DNA of 62,946 nt, filler included, from Octopus bimaculoides (lineage: Eukaryota), in NCBI RefSeq assembly GCF_001194135.2. It is 7 parts of 7 records of this genome, joined end to end, with 100 filler letters (N's around TTAATTAATTAA, not from the genome) between each part and the next. Parts side by side here need not be neighbours in the genome. Positions count along the whole stretch, not along the records: positions 19,063 to 46,044 come from NC_068991.1; 6 more parts are not named here. One strand, given 5' to 3'. The translations under genes and the position numbers were made by a program. A model generated the notes under the pieces. That model ran no database searches. It worked only from the letters and a program-made list of their open reading frames with translations, and had not been told where the DNA came from. Positions 26,621 to 39,215 of the stretch are shown one piece after another; the stretch's first letter is position 1, and every line of letters starts with the position of its first letter.

Positions 26621-27024
26621 CTACGAAACTTTAAGTCGCATGCAGCCGATTCAAACTGTTTTAAATAAAAGTGTATGCATCTCCTACAAGTGTGTTGAGT
26701 ACCTCTTTCTTTCGTTTGTCTACTCACCAATACACACACACACACACANNNNNNNNNNNNNNNNNNNNNNNNNNNNNNNNNNNNNNNNNNNNNNNNNNNN
26801 NNNNNNNNNNNNNNNNNNNNNNNNNNNNNNNNNNNNNNNNNNNNNNNNNNNNNNNNNNNNNNNNNNNNNNNNNNNNNNNNNNNNNNNNNNNNNNNNNNNN
26901 NNNNNNNNNNNNNNNNNNNNNNNNNNNNNNNNNNNNNNNNNNNNNNNNNNNNNNNNNNNNNNNNNNNNACGCATGATAACTGGGACTGGCTCAAATACGT
27001 CCCAATATAGGCACAAGACAAAAG

Positions 27025-27235
27025 CGGTGAGCCGTCAGAATCGTTAGCATACCGGGCAAAATGTTTAACGATATTTCGTCTGTCTTTTATGTTCTGAGTT
27101 CAAATTTCGCCGAGGTTGACTTTGCCTTTCATTCTTTCGGGGTCGATAAAATAACCACTAGTTGAGTGCTGGGGTCGATGAAACCGACACATCCCTTCCT
27201 CAATCTTGTGGTCTTGTGCCAAAATTTGGAATCAA
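27025..27235 (+). mobile_element. Family A SINE
   Basis: Consensus body present. Confidence 0.82.
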
Positions 27236-28144
27236 TATACGCACAAGTCCAGAAATTTGTCTGAAAGGGTTTAGTCGATTCTATCGCCTTCACTGGTACG
27301 TTATTTCGTCATCAATGGAGTGATGGAAGCACTACAGGACATCCTTTATTTATTTATTTATTTATTTATTTTCGCAATACACTAATGGTTCTGCAAATCC
27401 GCTTGTAACATGAATATTGCTTATTTTCTTCGTTTCTAGTTACTTGAGTATTGATATATGCATTGTGTTAGCTAATATTTTATAGTTTGTTCTTAAACAC
27501 CGTATTCGCGACTGTTTTTATTTATAGTGCACAATGTACTGGAAATGCACAAAAAATATCTCCACTACCTTTTATAATATTATGTTTTTTAATAATCATT
27601 GTGTTTAACCCTAACTGTGTTTGTTTCTGATGTTCAACACACTGGAAATTAACAAAAAGTTCACCTTTTCTTATTGCTTAAATATGTTAGCACTTACTTA
27701 CCTATTATGAAACAATTTTGCTTTCTTTTGCTGTTTGGTCTATCCAAGTATAATTTTTTTTTTGTGTGTGCTAATAATACAGGAAGCAACACGAGAAAAG
27801 ATATCTAAAGTACAAAAAGTAAAGAAAGAAAAATGATGAAGAAAATGAAAGATAAAATGACCTGTGATCTTCAGCAGAAGTAGGAGAAATATATATTTGG
27901 CTTATTGAGATTCTTTCTGTACATGAATGAGTATAACAACGTAGACGAAATATAAATATATCTTATATGAATGAATACAATGTATATGTTACGTCCTGCT
28001 GCGAAGCAGGCTTGCCTGCAGTTCGTATCACGGAGATTGAAATGAGCGATAAGAATGAAAGCAGAAGATTTCTGTGAATGGTGGGAACGGTTCAGCATTA
28101 ATATTGTTCTCCCGACATTCATCTATTGTTACCGTCTGAGACGA

Positions 28145-28215
<71 letters not shown>

Positions 28216-28989
28216 CTTATTGTGTGACATTAGGGTAAATATTATTATCTTTATTATTATCACTGTTGTTTGAATGATTGTTATTATTATTATTGTTATC
28301 ATTGTTATTATTATTTCTTTTCCTTTTCGTCTTCTCTCCGTCTTCTTTCTTCTCCTCATCCACCTCAGTGCATTCCTTTCACGGGGAATTCTCTAATCTA
28401 ATACACTATCTATTTCTGTAACACCTATTTTATTGACCGAGTGAAGGTGATCGCTCTTGGCCGGCTGGAATTAGAAATCAAATTTATCTCAAATCTTATC
28501 GATATCACTAGGTCACTACTCCAGCAGAATTGGCCCGAGGCTAAGCTATAGCAACAGTAACAACAACAATCACACCAACAATAATAGCACAGTTATTTTC
28601 TTCCAGCTATGTTTGACCTCTTTGCCTAAATGACAATTCTTTCTATAATCATCGTCTTGCCGTCTAAGAGGGCTGTTTTATCGATCTTGAGTCAATAAAT
28701 AATTTTATATTCAAAGTCGACATCGAGTGGGATTTCAACTTAGAACATAGAGGGCAAACTAAATGCTGTGATACGAATAGTCTAAAAGACTCTGCCTCTA
28801 ATATAATACTGCATGTATTTTCGGACAAAGAACAATACGAATGAGGTTTATGTCTATATATCTTTTCTTTGGCATGTGAGTGAAAAAGTGTGTGTTAATA
28901 TGTGTGTGTGTGTGTGTGTGTGTAGTTCTTGTTCATCACATTATTGTAATGCTAGTTGCCTATAGTTTTCTTGCTAATGTCATTACTTT

Positions 28990-29200
28990 TGCCATTCTTG
29001 CTAACAGACAATCCGTTTGTTACGACGACGAGAGTTCCAGTTGATTCGAATAAAGGAAACAGCCTTCGCATGAAATTAACGTGCAAGTGGCTGAGCAATT
29101 CATAGACACGAGTACACTCAAGATAGTTCTCATCAGAATCCAGCATTACAAAATGTGACAATATGTGACAAAGTCGACCCTTTGAAATACAGGTATTTCT
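28990..29200 (-). mobile_element. SINE family C, older partial copy
   Basis: gaaattaacgtgcaagtggctgagc core and acgacgacgagagttccagttgat match family C. Confidence 0.8.
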
Positions 29201-29302
29201 CACTTTTTGCCAGCAGAATATACCGGAGAAATGTCAAGGACACAAGGATCGACGGAAATCAAACATACAACCTTACACGGTCATGAGCCAAATACCCTAA
29301 GC

Positions 29303-29563
29303 CAGTGGTTCCCAAAAGTTTTCACGCTTCCACCCTCTTGGTTCTAAAGCCACATTCCTAGTTCCCGCCTCCCACTCGCCATCACAGACATAAAACATTT
29401 TCTGCAGCAAATTCAAGACAATAGTATTTCACAAATAAAACTAAACCTAATTAACCCTTTATTTTGACTTTTTTTTACATCCATTGCCCCATTTTTCTTT
29501 AAAGCTCCCCTGGAACTTTTCACCGCCCCCAAGGGGCAGTACCGCCTACTTTGGGAATCACTA
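29303..29563. mobile_element. hAT (Charlie-like) MITE, about 260 bp
   Basis: TIRs CAGTGGTTCCCAAA / TTTGGGAATCACT. Left flank CCCTAAGC; right flank retains CTAAGC, consistent with an 8-bp central-TA TSD partly collapsed by a small deletion. Confidence 0.72.
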
Positions 29564-29769
29564 AGCCACTCGCTTTCATCTGTTCTTGCTAATGCTGTTG
29601 CTATAACTTGTGATATCAGTTGTTGCTAATATAGGTTGCATTACTGAATTTGCCAGTTCCCACTGTTGAGGATATCTCTGTTTTTGATGATACTGTTGCT
29701 ATTTTAAATGTTGCTAATTTTTATTTTGCATTGTGGACGAGATTGAAGGGACTGAAGACAAACGCTTAC

Positions 29770-30328
29770 CTTTTCTTTAGTCAATCCCCTCATCGGTTTC
29801 TTCAAGTTTCGCTTGCGGGAAATAAGGGTGGAGAGGTTGGTTTGGTTGGCAGTCCGTCGGTTACGACGACGAGGGTTCCAGTTGATCCCATCAGCAGAAC
29901 AGCCTGCTCGTGAAATTAACGTGCAAGTGGCTGAGCACTCCACAGACACGTGTTCCATTAACGCAGTTCTCGGGGAGATTCAGCATGACACAGAGTATGA
30001 CAAGGCTGGCCCTTTGAAATACAGGTGCAACAGAAACAGGAAGAAAGAGTGAGAGAAAGTTGTGGTGAAAGAGTACAGCACAGTTCGCCACCATCCCCTT
30101 CCGGAGCCTTGTGGAACTTTAGGCGTTTTCACTCAACGCCCGGTCTGGGAATCGAAACCGCGATCCTACGACCGCAAGTCCGCTGCCCTAACCACTGGGC
30201 CATTGCGCCTCCTGGAGAGGGAAGGGTTGCTTTTAGCAATATTGTTCAAAGGTGGATGAGAGTGACGAGGATGATGCGAGCGAACGGGCTTGCCCTGAGC
30301 ATACGCCTGAATAATCGGGAATAAGGAA
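29770..30328 (-). other. Candidate exon of an unidentified transcript, split by a SINE
   Basis: After removing the SINE and one TSD: ttttctcAG + 175 nt (1 + 58 open codons) + GTAAGC. No protein family recognised. Confidence 0.35.
29837..30212 (-). mobile_element. SINE family C, full length
   Basis: Collinear with the 5838-6219 copy; 8-bp TSD tggagagg (29829-29836, 30213-30220). Confidence 0.92.
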
Positions 30329-30491
30329 CTGAGAAAAGGTATCCGTGATTTTATGGTGTGTGTGGGGTCCAGGAACAGCCCTCGAAAGTCAATTGAGGAA
30401 TAATCATTCTTAATAATGGATACACACTCAATATTTCAGCCTATGTCGTCCTTAAAGGTTTTGTTAATATAAACCATTTGTGGTTAATAAA

Positions 30492-30529
<38 letters not shown>

Positions 30530-30748
30530 AATCATTATTAATATTCTTATTAATGGAGATGCGGCTGCTACTAATGATGATGATGATGATGATAATGATG
30601 ATGATGATGACGAAGAGGAGGAGGATTAAATTTATGGTTAAGGTGATCAAGACATGTGCATGAAAATCATTCATTATTAAATGGCGCAATGATGCTTGGA
30701 AATGATAATGAGTTACTGTTCACGTTGGTGATGATGACGACGATGATT

Positions 30749-30810
<62 letters not shown>

Positions 30811-30942
30811 AGTGTTGGCTATGATGATAATGAACGTGTTAGTGTTACACGTGATGGTGATGGTTATGGCAAGGGTGAAAAACATGTTGATATCATATTC
30901 GTAGCAGTAGCAGCAACAGCACCACCGTCAACAGTAGTAGTA

Positions 30943-30999
<57 letters not shown>

Positions 31000-31487
31000 N
31001 NNNNNNNNNNNNNNNNNNNNNNNNNNNNNNNNNNNNNNNNNNNNNNNNNNNNNNNNNNNNNNNNNNNNNNNNNNNNNNNNNNNNNNNNNNNNNNNNNNNN
31101 NNNNNNNNNNNNNNNNNNNNNNNNNNNNNNNNNNGTGATGGTGGTGGTGGTGGTATTGATGACAATGATGATGGCGATACTGGAGGTTGCTGTACTATTA
31201 TGAGATGAATGGATATGGGCGGAAGAATATGTTGGCTGTGATGGTGGTGGTGGTGGTGGTGGTGGTGGTGTGGTGGTGATGGTGGCCACGAGAAATTGGT
31301 GAGAGGGTGGGACGTGGGACTAAGAGTAATAAGTAGAAAAGAAGAATACAAGAAGGAGGGAGTGGGAGGAAATGAAGGGGTGAAGAAGGAGGAGAAAAGG
31401 AAGAGGGGACGATTGGATGAGAAGGAGTTGGAGGAGAAGGAGGAGACCACTTAGATATCGTTCTAAATTCTGATTGTTGGATTTACA

Positions 31488-31831
31488 GCTGCCTCTGTGT
31501 ATGTATGTATGTATGTATGTATGTATGTATGTATGTATGTATGTATGTATGTATGTATGTATGTATGTATGCATGCATCAGTGTTTGNNNNNNNNNNNNN
31601 ACAACAGGTGTTAGTGTATTTATGTCCCTGTAACCTAGAAGCTTAGCAAGAGGGTCCGATAGAATAAGTACTAGGCTTAAGAAATAAGTCCTGGGGTCGA
31701 TTTGTTAGACTTAGAAACCCTTCAGCGCTGTGCTCCAGCATGGCCGCAGTCAAATGACTGAAACCATTGAAAAAATAAAAGAATATTCATGTATGTATGT
31801 ACGTATGTTTATATGCTTGTGTATATGTGTT

Positions 31832-31880
<49 letters not shown>

Positions 31881-33880
31881 NNNNNNNNNNNNNNNNNNNN
31901 NNNNNNNNNNNNNNNNNNNNNNNNNNNNNNNNNNNNNNNNNNNNNNNNNNNNNNNNNNNNNNNNNNNNNNNNNNNNNNNNNNNNNNNNNNNNNNNNNNNN
32001 NNNNNNNNNNNNNNNNNNNNNNNNNNNNNNNNNNNNNNNNNNNNNNNNNNNNNNNNNNNNNNNNNNNNNNNNNNNNNNNNNNNNNNNNNNNNNNNNNNNN
32101 NNNNNNNNNNNNNNNNNNNNNNNNNNNNNNNNNNNNNNNNNNNNNNNNNNNNNNNNNNNNNNNNNNNNNNNNNNNNNNNNNNNNNNNNNNNNNNNNNNNN
32201 NNNNNNNNNNNNNNNNNNNNNNNNNNNNNNNNNNNNNNNNNNNNNNNNNNNNNNNNNNNNNNNNNNNNNNNNNNNNNNNNNNNNNNNNNNNNNNNNNNNN
32301 NNNNNNNNNNNNNNNNNNNNNNNNNNNNNNNNNNNNNNNNNNNNNNNNNNNNNNNNNNNNNNNNNNNNNNNNNNNNNNNNNNNNNNNNNNNNNNNNNNNN
32401 NNNNNNNNNNNNNNNNNNNNNNNNNNNNNNNNNNNNNNNNNNNNNNNNNNNNNNNNNNNNNNNNNNNNNNNNNNNNNNNNNNNNNNNNNNNNNNNNNNNN
32501 NNNNNNNNNNNNNNNNNNNNNNNNNNNNNNNNNNNNNNNNNNNNNNNNNNNNNNNNNNNNNNNNNNNNNNNNNNNNNNNNNNNNNNNNNNNNNNNNNNNN
32601 NNNNNNNNNNNNNNNNNNNNNNNNNNNNNNNNNNNNNNNNNNNNNNNNNNNNNNNNNNNNNNNNNNNNNNNNNNNNNNNNNNNNNNNNNNNNNNNNNNNN
32701 NNNNNNNNNNNNNNNNNNNNNNNNNNNNNNNNNNNNNNNNNNNNNNNNNNNNNNNNNNNNNNNNNNNNNNNNNNNNNNNNNNNNNNNNNNNNNNNNNNNN
32801 NNNNNNNNNNNNNNNNNNNTCTGTGTATGTATGTATGTATGTATGTATGTATGTATGTATGTATGTATGTATGTATGCATGCATCAGTGTTTGTCTTTCT
32901 GTCTGTGTTGTATTTGTCCCCACATCACCGCTGGACAACAGGTGTTAGTGTATTTATGTCCCTGTAACCTAGAAGCTTAGCAAGAGGGTCCGATAGAATA
33001 AGTACTAGGCTTAAGAAATAAGTCCTGGGGTCGATTTGTTAGACTTAGAAACCCTTCAGCGCTGTGCTCCAGCATGGCCGCACACACAAACACACATACA
33101 AACCTACATNNNNNNNNNNATATATAAACATATATGTACATATATATATCTATATCTATATATATATGTACACATATATATCTATATCTATCTATCTATC
33201 TATCTATATATATCTATATATATTCTTTTATTCTTTTATGCATACCTATATACATTATACACATATATTTATATGCATGTGTGTATGTACAGATACATGT
33301 ATATGTTTGTGTGTTTGTGTCCGCATGAGAGTGTGAGCGTACGTGTGTACGTACGTATGAGTGTTTGTCCTACTTAGTACGTGCGCACAATTATTCAAGT
33401 AAAGCCAGAATGAGTAAGTGAGCATGCGCAGTAGTGCTTCTGTATTGATGTGCATCTGGATATGACCTAGTGAAATAGATATCAATTTGAATGATAACTA
33501 AGTGTTATTGATTTCTTTAATTGGTGATTTGTTATTTTTAACTTAATGAATTTAGTGAATTGTGGACCAAATTGTAATGAAATCCTACATGAATATGTAT
33601 ATGTACGTTTTCTCCAAATTAGCTATTCAGACACACACACACGCGCACGCATCAGTGTTTGTCTTTCTGTCTGTGTTGTATTTGTCCCCACATCACCGCT
33701 GGACAACAGGTGTTAGTGTATTTATGTCCCTGTAACCTAGAAGCTTAGCAAGAGGGTCCGATAGAATAAGTACTAGGCTTAAGAAATAAGTCCTGGGGTC
33801 GATTTGTTAGACTTAGAAACCCTTCAGCGCTGTGCTCCAGCATGGCCGCACACACAAACACACATACAAACCTACATGTG
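31488..33880 (+). repeat. Three near-identical copies of a family B SINE 3' segment around gaps
   Basis: The block ending ...cccttcagcgctgtgctccagcatggccgca occurs at about 31570, 32880 and 33650. Confidence 0.85.
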
Positions 33881-34037
33881 TATATATATACTTATGTTTG
33901 TTTCATGTCGTGTTATATTAAAACCACTTTTACATTAATACTGAAAGATTACTCAGTACATTTTATGTAGGACATATCTATTGTACTTTTACAATAAGGT
34001 GAAGACAGTAAGTTCGAAGTTTCGGTTTGCTAGCCTT

Positions 34038-34084
<47 letters not shown>

Positions 34085-34334
34085 ACGTACAAAGAGAAAG
34101 AGAGAGGTGGAAAGAAATAGAAAGTTGGATAGAGAGAGAAATGGAGAGAGGTAGAGCTAGAAAGAGAGAGAGAGCGGCATGGCTGTGTGGTTAAGAAACT
34201 GGCTTAGCAACATTTTGGCTCCAGGTTCAGTCCCACTTTTCGGTACCTTGGGCAAATGCCTTCTACAAGTTTCTCGAGCTGGCATATGTCTTGTAAGTAA
34301 ATTTGGTTTACAGAAACTGTGTGAATGTTTCAAA

Positions 34335-34570
34335 GGCGGAGAGCTGGCAGAAACGTTAGCACGCCGGGCGAAATGCTTAACGGTATTTTGTCTGCCGCTA
34401 CGTTCCGAGTTCAAATTCTGTCGAGGTCGACTATGCCTTTCATCCCTTCGGGGTCGATTAAATAAGTACCAATTACGCACTGGGGTCGATATGTTTTACT
34501 TAATCCGTTTGTCTGTCCTTGTTTGTCCCCTCTATGTTTAACCCCTTGTGGGCAATAAAGAAAACAAGTA
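34335..34570 (+). mobile_element. Family A SINE with dimer linker
   Basis: Same linker as the 24229 and 26355 copies. Confidence 0.85.
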
Positions 34571-34811
34571 AAAGATTAAACATACTAGGTATATTTACAC
34601 CATTTGTCTACAGCGAGAAATTTTCTCCATGCCAAATGAGTAAATGGTTTGTTTACGTGTTTGAACGGACCACAAGCACATTTAAACTGTTAATAACAGT
34701 GCATTGATATATCTGGTTTATGTATAAATATTCACAAACACAATGAAGCTTTCACTGAAGAGCCACTCAATATTAAAACGCTGAGTAATAATATGCATAT
34801 TTACAGGAAGA

Positions 34812-34860
34812 GACTTTGACTACGAGGTTTCGGCAGTTAATCGTTGACCCCGTCAGACAT
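34812..34860 (-). ncRNA. Degenerate hammerhead-like motif
   Basis: CTGACGG-GGTCAAcgaTTAACtgCC-GAAAC-ctcgta-GTC; stem I is poor. Confidence 0.35.
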
Positions 34861-34999
34861 TGAACTTTCTAGCTTGATCGATGTTTTCCAATATTCAAGT
34901 GGGGTCAAGGTCGTCAGATTTAAGCGTGTGTAAAATGCGAATAAATCTTACAATGAATTTTTCAGTAAAAGCACTTTCGAATGTACATATTATAAATAT

Positions 35000-35530
35000 G
35001 GCTGTGTGGTAAGCAGCTTGCTTCCCAACCGCATGGTTCTGGGTTCAGTCCTACTGTGTGGCACCTGCGACATGTATCTTTGTTGTAGTGGAAATGGCAC
35101 ACCCCTCCCACAGGACAAGTGGTATGACACAGCCACTATAAACTGAGACGACGTCAACCAGTACAGAGAGTCGTGTGTCAGTTGTTGTACAAGTTCTCAG
35201 TTGGAGGTAAGTGTCAGTTATGTTTTATAGTTGTGTTCGAGTCATAGTCAAGGTAGACGGTTCAAATTCGGTGTTTTGCAGAGCTCTCAGCGATAGCACA
35301 TTAAATGAAGTGGTGTATTACCATTCCGGTACAGAAGAGAAACACTCTATCCGATACCAAGAAAATATCATGGCTACTAGAATAGATACAACAGCTATAG
35401 TCACAACAGCGGCCACACATTATAACTGTGGAAAACACCACCACACATTAACAGTCTTCTACTATAGCCTCGGGCCGACCAAAAGGCCTTGTGAGTGGAT
35501 TTCGTAGACGGAAACTGAAAGAAGCCCGAT
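35000..35530 (+). mobile_element. SINE family B 5' part split by the solo LTR
   Basis: Head at 35000-35080 resumes at 35454 (gtcttctactatagcctcgggccgacc). Confidence 0.85.
35081..35453 (+). mobile_element. Solo LTR (373 bp; TGTT...AACA termini, BEL/Pao- or Gypsy-like) inserted in a SINE head
   Basis: Termini TGTTGTAGTGG...CCACACATTAACA. 5-bp flanks ATCTT/GTCTT restore the SINE consensus caagtGTCTTctac. Internal TATAAA and ATTAAA. Strand is tentative. Confidence 0.75.
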
Positions 35531-35562
35531 GTATATATATATATATATATGTATGTCATACC

Positions 35563-35602
35563 GGCCATGACGGAGGGAAATAGCCCTGAAACTCGAGTCG
35601 CC
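35563..35602 (+). ncRNA. Degenerate hammerhead-like motif
   Basis: ggc-C(A)TGACGG-AGGG aaatag CCCT-GAAAC-TCGA-GTC-gcc; stems I, II and III are all recognisable but the core is altered. Confidence 0.5.
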
Positions 35603-35913
35603 TTTATATATATATATTTATATTTATATATTTATATATTTGATCCTTTATATTGAACACTCAATATTTCATCTACATTCAATACTTTCTTTCATGGTGC
35701 CATCCATTTTTATTTCATTTTATTTTATATTGTATATTGTATATCATATTATATATTGTATATTCCATATTCTATACCCCACATTAGTTCTGCAGGAATA
35801 TAAATAAAACATAAAAAACAGACAGTGTTGGAACTCTTTTAAGCAAAATAATATATTCCTCTATACACAATCATACAAAAAACCCCACCTTTTTTGTATT
35901 TATTTTTACTCGC

Positions 35914-35945
<32 letters not shown>

Positions 35946-35974
35946 GTGTGTTGGGTGAATTATATATAAAGCTA

Positions 35975-36160
35975 AGGCCGTGAGCTGGCTGAAACGTTAG
36001 CACGCCGGGCGAAATGCTTCTTGACGTCCTGAGTTCAAATTCCGCCGAGGTCGACTTGCCTTTCATCCTTTCGGGGTCGATAAGTTAACTACCAGTTGCG
36101 TACTGGTGCCGATCTAATCGACTGGTCCCCTCTCCCAAAATTTCGGGCCTTGTGCCTTCG
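35975..36160 (+). mobile_element. Family A SINE
   Basis: Consensus body present. Confidence 0.82.
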
Positions 36161-36683
36161 GGATAGAAGTACTGAATATAAAATGGAACAGAAGTACCAT
36201 TTATAAAATTGTGTCCTTCTTATGGATGGACGCGTTAAGTGCAATGTCGGTGGACATAGCTATAAGAGTAAGATCTATAGAGTTAAGTTTGGAGGGTAAG
36301 GTATAATTATATTTTATTTAGTTTTATCTTGGTATGGGGAGCTGAATGCTTGGAATAAGAAGTTGAATGCAAGTAATCAGTAGACGAAGTAGACGAATCA
36401 AGGGACGAAGATATAGAGGAAGCAGAATAACAGAGAGTAATAGTATGAGGTGAATTTTGAAGGAGAGAAAAAGGAGGAGGAGAAGGAAGAAGAAGAAGGA
36501 GGAGGGAGAAGTAGAGGAAAATAAAAGTAGAGAATAAGGAGGGCGAGGAGAAGGAGCAGGAGAAAAAAAGGGGATGGAAAAAGAAGGAGAAAAAGAAGCA
36601 GAGAAGAAGCGGGAGGAAGAGAAAAAGGAATATTAGGAAAAAGAAGAAAGAGAAAAGGAAGAAACGGAAGGGGAAGAGGAAAT

Positions 36684-36776
36684 AAGAAGAAGGAGAAGAA
36701 GAAGGAGAAGAAGAAGAAGAAGAAGAAGAAGAAGAAGAAGAAGAAGAAGAAGAAGAAGAAGAAGAAGAAGAAGAGT
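36684..36776. repeat. (GAA)n tract within a long purine-rich stretch
   Basis: Seen directly in the sequence. Confidence 0.95.
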
Positions 36777-38172
36777 TAGGGCAAGATATAAAAAAAAGAC
36801 AAGATGAAGCTATCATAATTTAGTATTTGTTTAATTTAATAAAAGACAATTGTTCTGGCTTACAAGTCATAAACAGCAATCATAAGTAGCCGCAATCAGT
36901 GGATCGCGGAGCCAAATAATAAAAAAAAACGGTTTTTTATCCGGTTATCCGGCGCCGAAAACCAGAAAGTGATTGAAAAGACGACTGAGAAGGAGATAAA
37001 ATAATTGAGGAAATGGGAGTAGGTGAAGGTGGTGGTGGTGGTGGTGACGGTGGTGGTGGTGGTGACGGTGGTGGTGATGATGGTGATGATGATGATGATG
37101 ATGGTGATTAAATAGCTGAAGATGGTCATACTTATGAAGCAAGAGGAAAAAGCGAAGAAAGAAGAGGAAGAAACGGGCAATGATGAGTGAATATGTGAAT
37201 ATATATATATGTATATATATATGTATGTATATATATATAGGTGTATGTGTGTGTGACTGTAAGTGTGTGTGGGTATGTGTATACTCATAAAGATATACAC
37301 ACACACATATAGATATATATTTGTATACATACGCACACACAGAGATTTAANNNNNNNNNNNNNNNNNNNNNNNNNNNNNNNNNNNNNNNNNNNNNNNNNN
37401 NNNNNNNNNNNNNNNNNNNNNNNNNNNNNNNNNNNNNNNNNNNNNNNNNNNNNNNNNNNNNNNNNNNNNNNNNNNNNNNNNNNNNNNNNNNNNNNNNNNN
37501 NNNNNNNNNNNNNNNNNNNNNNNNNNNNNNNNNNNNNNNNNNNNNNNNNNNNNNNNNNNNNNNNNNNNNNNNNNNNNNNNNNNNNNNNNNNNNNNNNNNN
37601 NNNNNNNNNNNNNNNNNNNNNNNNNNNNNNNNNNNNNNNNNNNNNNNNNNNNNNNNNNNNNNNNNNNNNNNNNNNNNNNNNNNNNNNNNNNNNNNNNNNN
37701 NNNNNNNNNNNNNNNNNNNNNNNNNNNNNNNNNNNNNNNNNNNNNNNNNNNNNNNNNNNNNNNNNNNNNNNNNNNNNNNNNNNNNNNNNNNNNNNNNNNN
37801 NNNNNNNNNNNNNNNNNNNNNNNNNNNNNNNNNNNNNNNNNNNNNNNNNNNNNNNNNNNNNNNNNNNNNNNNNNNNNNNNNNNNNNNNNNNNNNNNNNNN
37901 NNNNNNNNNNNNNNNNNNNNGAGACCAATTTAGATTTGCAGTTAAGTAGGTTTGTTTTGGAAAGCATTCGGAAAACAATATCAGTGGGCATCAAGAGGAA
38001 TACAAAGGAAATTGGAATAGATTGTCCGTTAAAACTGTTCCAAGAAAGTATTAGATAGCTGAAAAGAACGGATAGCATGGTACCGTAGGCTGTAGGAAGT
38101 AAGCCCGCTTCGCATGAAAGACTCCAGGAGCTCCAACAAAACCTGTGATAAAAAAAGAAAATAATAATGAAA

Positions 38173-38234
<62 letters not shown>

Positions 38235-38429
38235 ATTGATACTTTCTTTTATCTGCCACTCTTAGGATGAGTGGGACATTATAAGGACGGGTTACATACG
38301 CTATATGAGGGAGGTTACATAGAACGAAGAGAAATAGCAATGGCAGCGATCATCCTTGCTACTAAGGTCACATGCTCTTATCGAAACGTTGGTCTGCAAT
38401 CCATAGGCGCATGCTTGGGGTATGTCTAT

Positions 38430-38828
38430 TCACCTTACTTTTCACCACCTCTTGACAAATTCACTTGAAGAGAACATTTCCCTTTCCACCCTCACTTTCC
38501 TTTCCGAGTACAACTTAAAACGTTTAATGCGGGCTTAACCGAAGATGGTGGTGTGTATCCCAGTATTTTCAGCCGTGTCCTCCACACAAGCTCTTTCACT
38601 AGAGACATTACACAGAAGAACAGAGCTTGATCCACCTTGTTAGAGATGAGTGGGAAGGAGATCCCCACACTGGACGCAGGAGATGACCGAATGAGTTCAA
38701 CAGGCAGCAACAGCTGTTCGATATAACTCCACAAGTTAGTAATGCACGAATTCGCGCAGTAGTGCTTCCACTCTCTGCGCAAATCTCGGACAGTCCCACC
38801 TGGCAACACCTCAGTGTCTGTTGTGTTT
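38430..38828 (-). mobile_element. C-terminal fragment of an L1/Tx1-type LINE ORF2
   Basis: ...NLWSYIEQLL...LFFCVMSLVKELVWRTRLKIL...RKVRVER is typical of post-RT Tx1 tails. A SINE with a 13-bp TSD interrupts it at 38829. Confidence 0.65.
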
Positions 38829-38841
38829 ACTTCGAACCTGT

Positions 38842-39215
38842 TGTTGACACTCCGTCGCTTACGACGTCGAGGGTTCCAGTTGATCCGATCAACGGAACAG
38901 CCTGCTCGTGAAATTAACGTGCAAGTGGCTGAGCACTTGTACCCTTAACGTAGTTCTCGGGGATATTCAGCATGGCACAGAATGTGACAAAGCTGGCCCT
39001 TTGAATTACAGGCACAAGAGAAACAGGAAGTAAGAGTGAGAGAAAGTTGTAGTGAAAGAGTACAGCAGGGTTCGCCACCATCCCCTGCCCGAGTCTCGTG
39101 GAGCTTTAGGTATTTTCGCTCAATAAACACTCACAATGCCCGGTCTGGGAATCGAAACCGCGATCCTATGACCGTGAGTCCGCTGCCCTAACCACTGGGC
39201 CATTGCGCCTCCACG
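38842..39215 (-). mobile_element. SINE family C, full length
   Basis: 13-bp TSD acttcgaacctgt (38829-38841, 39216-39228). Confidence 0.93.

Noticed and set aside
33990-34040. Minus-strand aggctagcaaacc-GAAAC-ttcgaa resembling a hammerhead 3' half
   Set aside because: The CTGANGA half is absent (replaced by TA repeat); not enough support.
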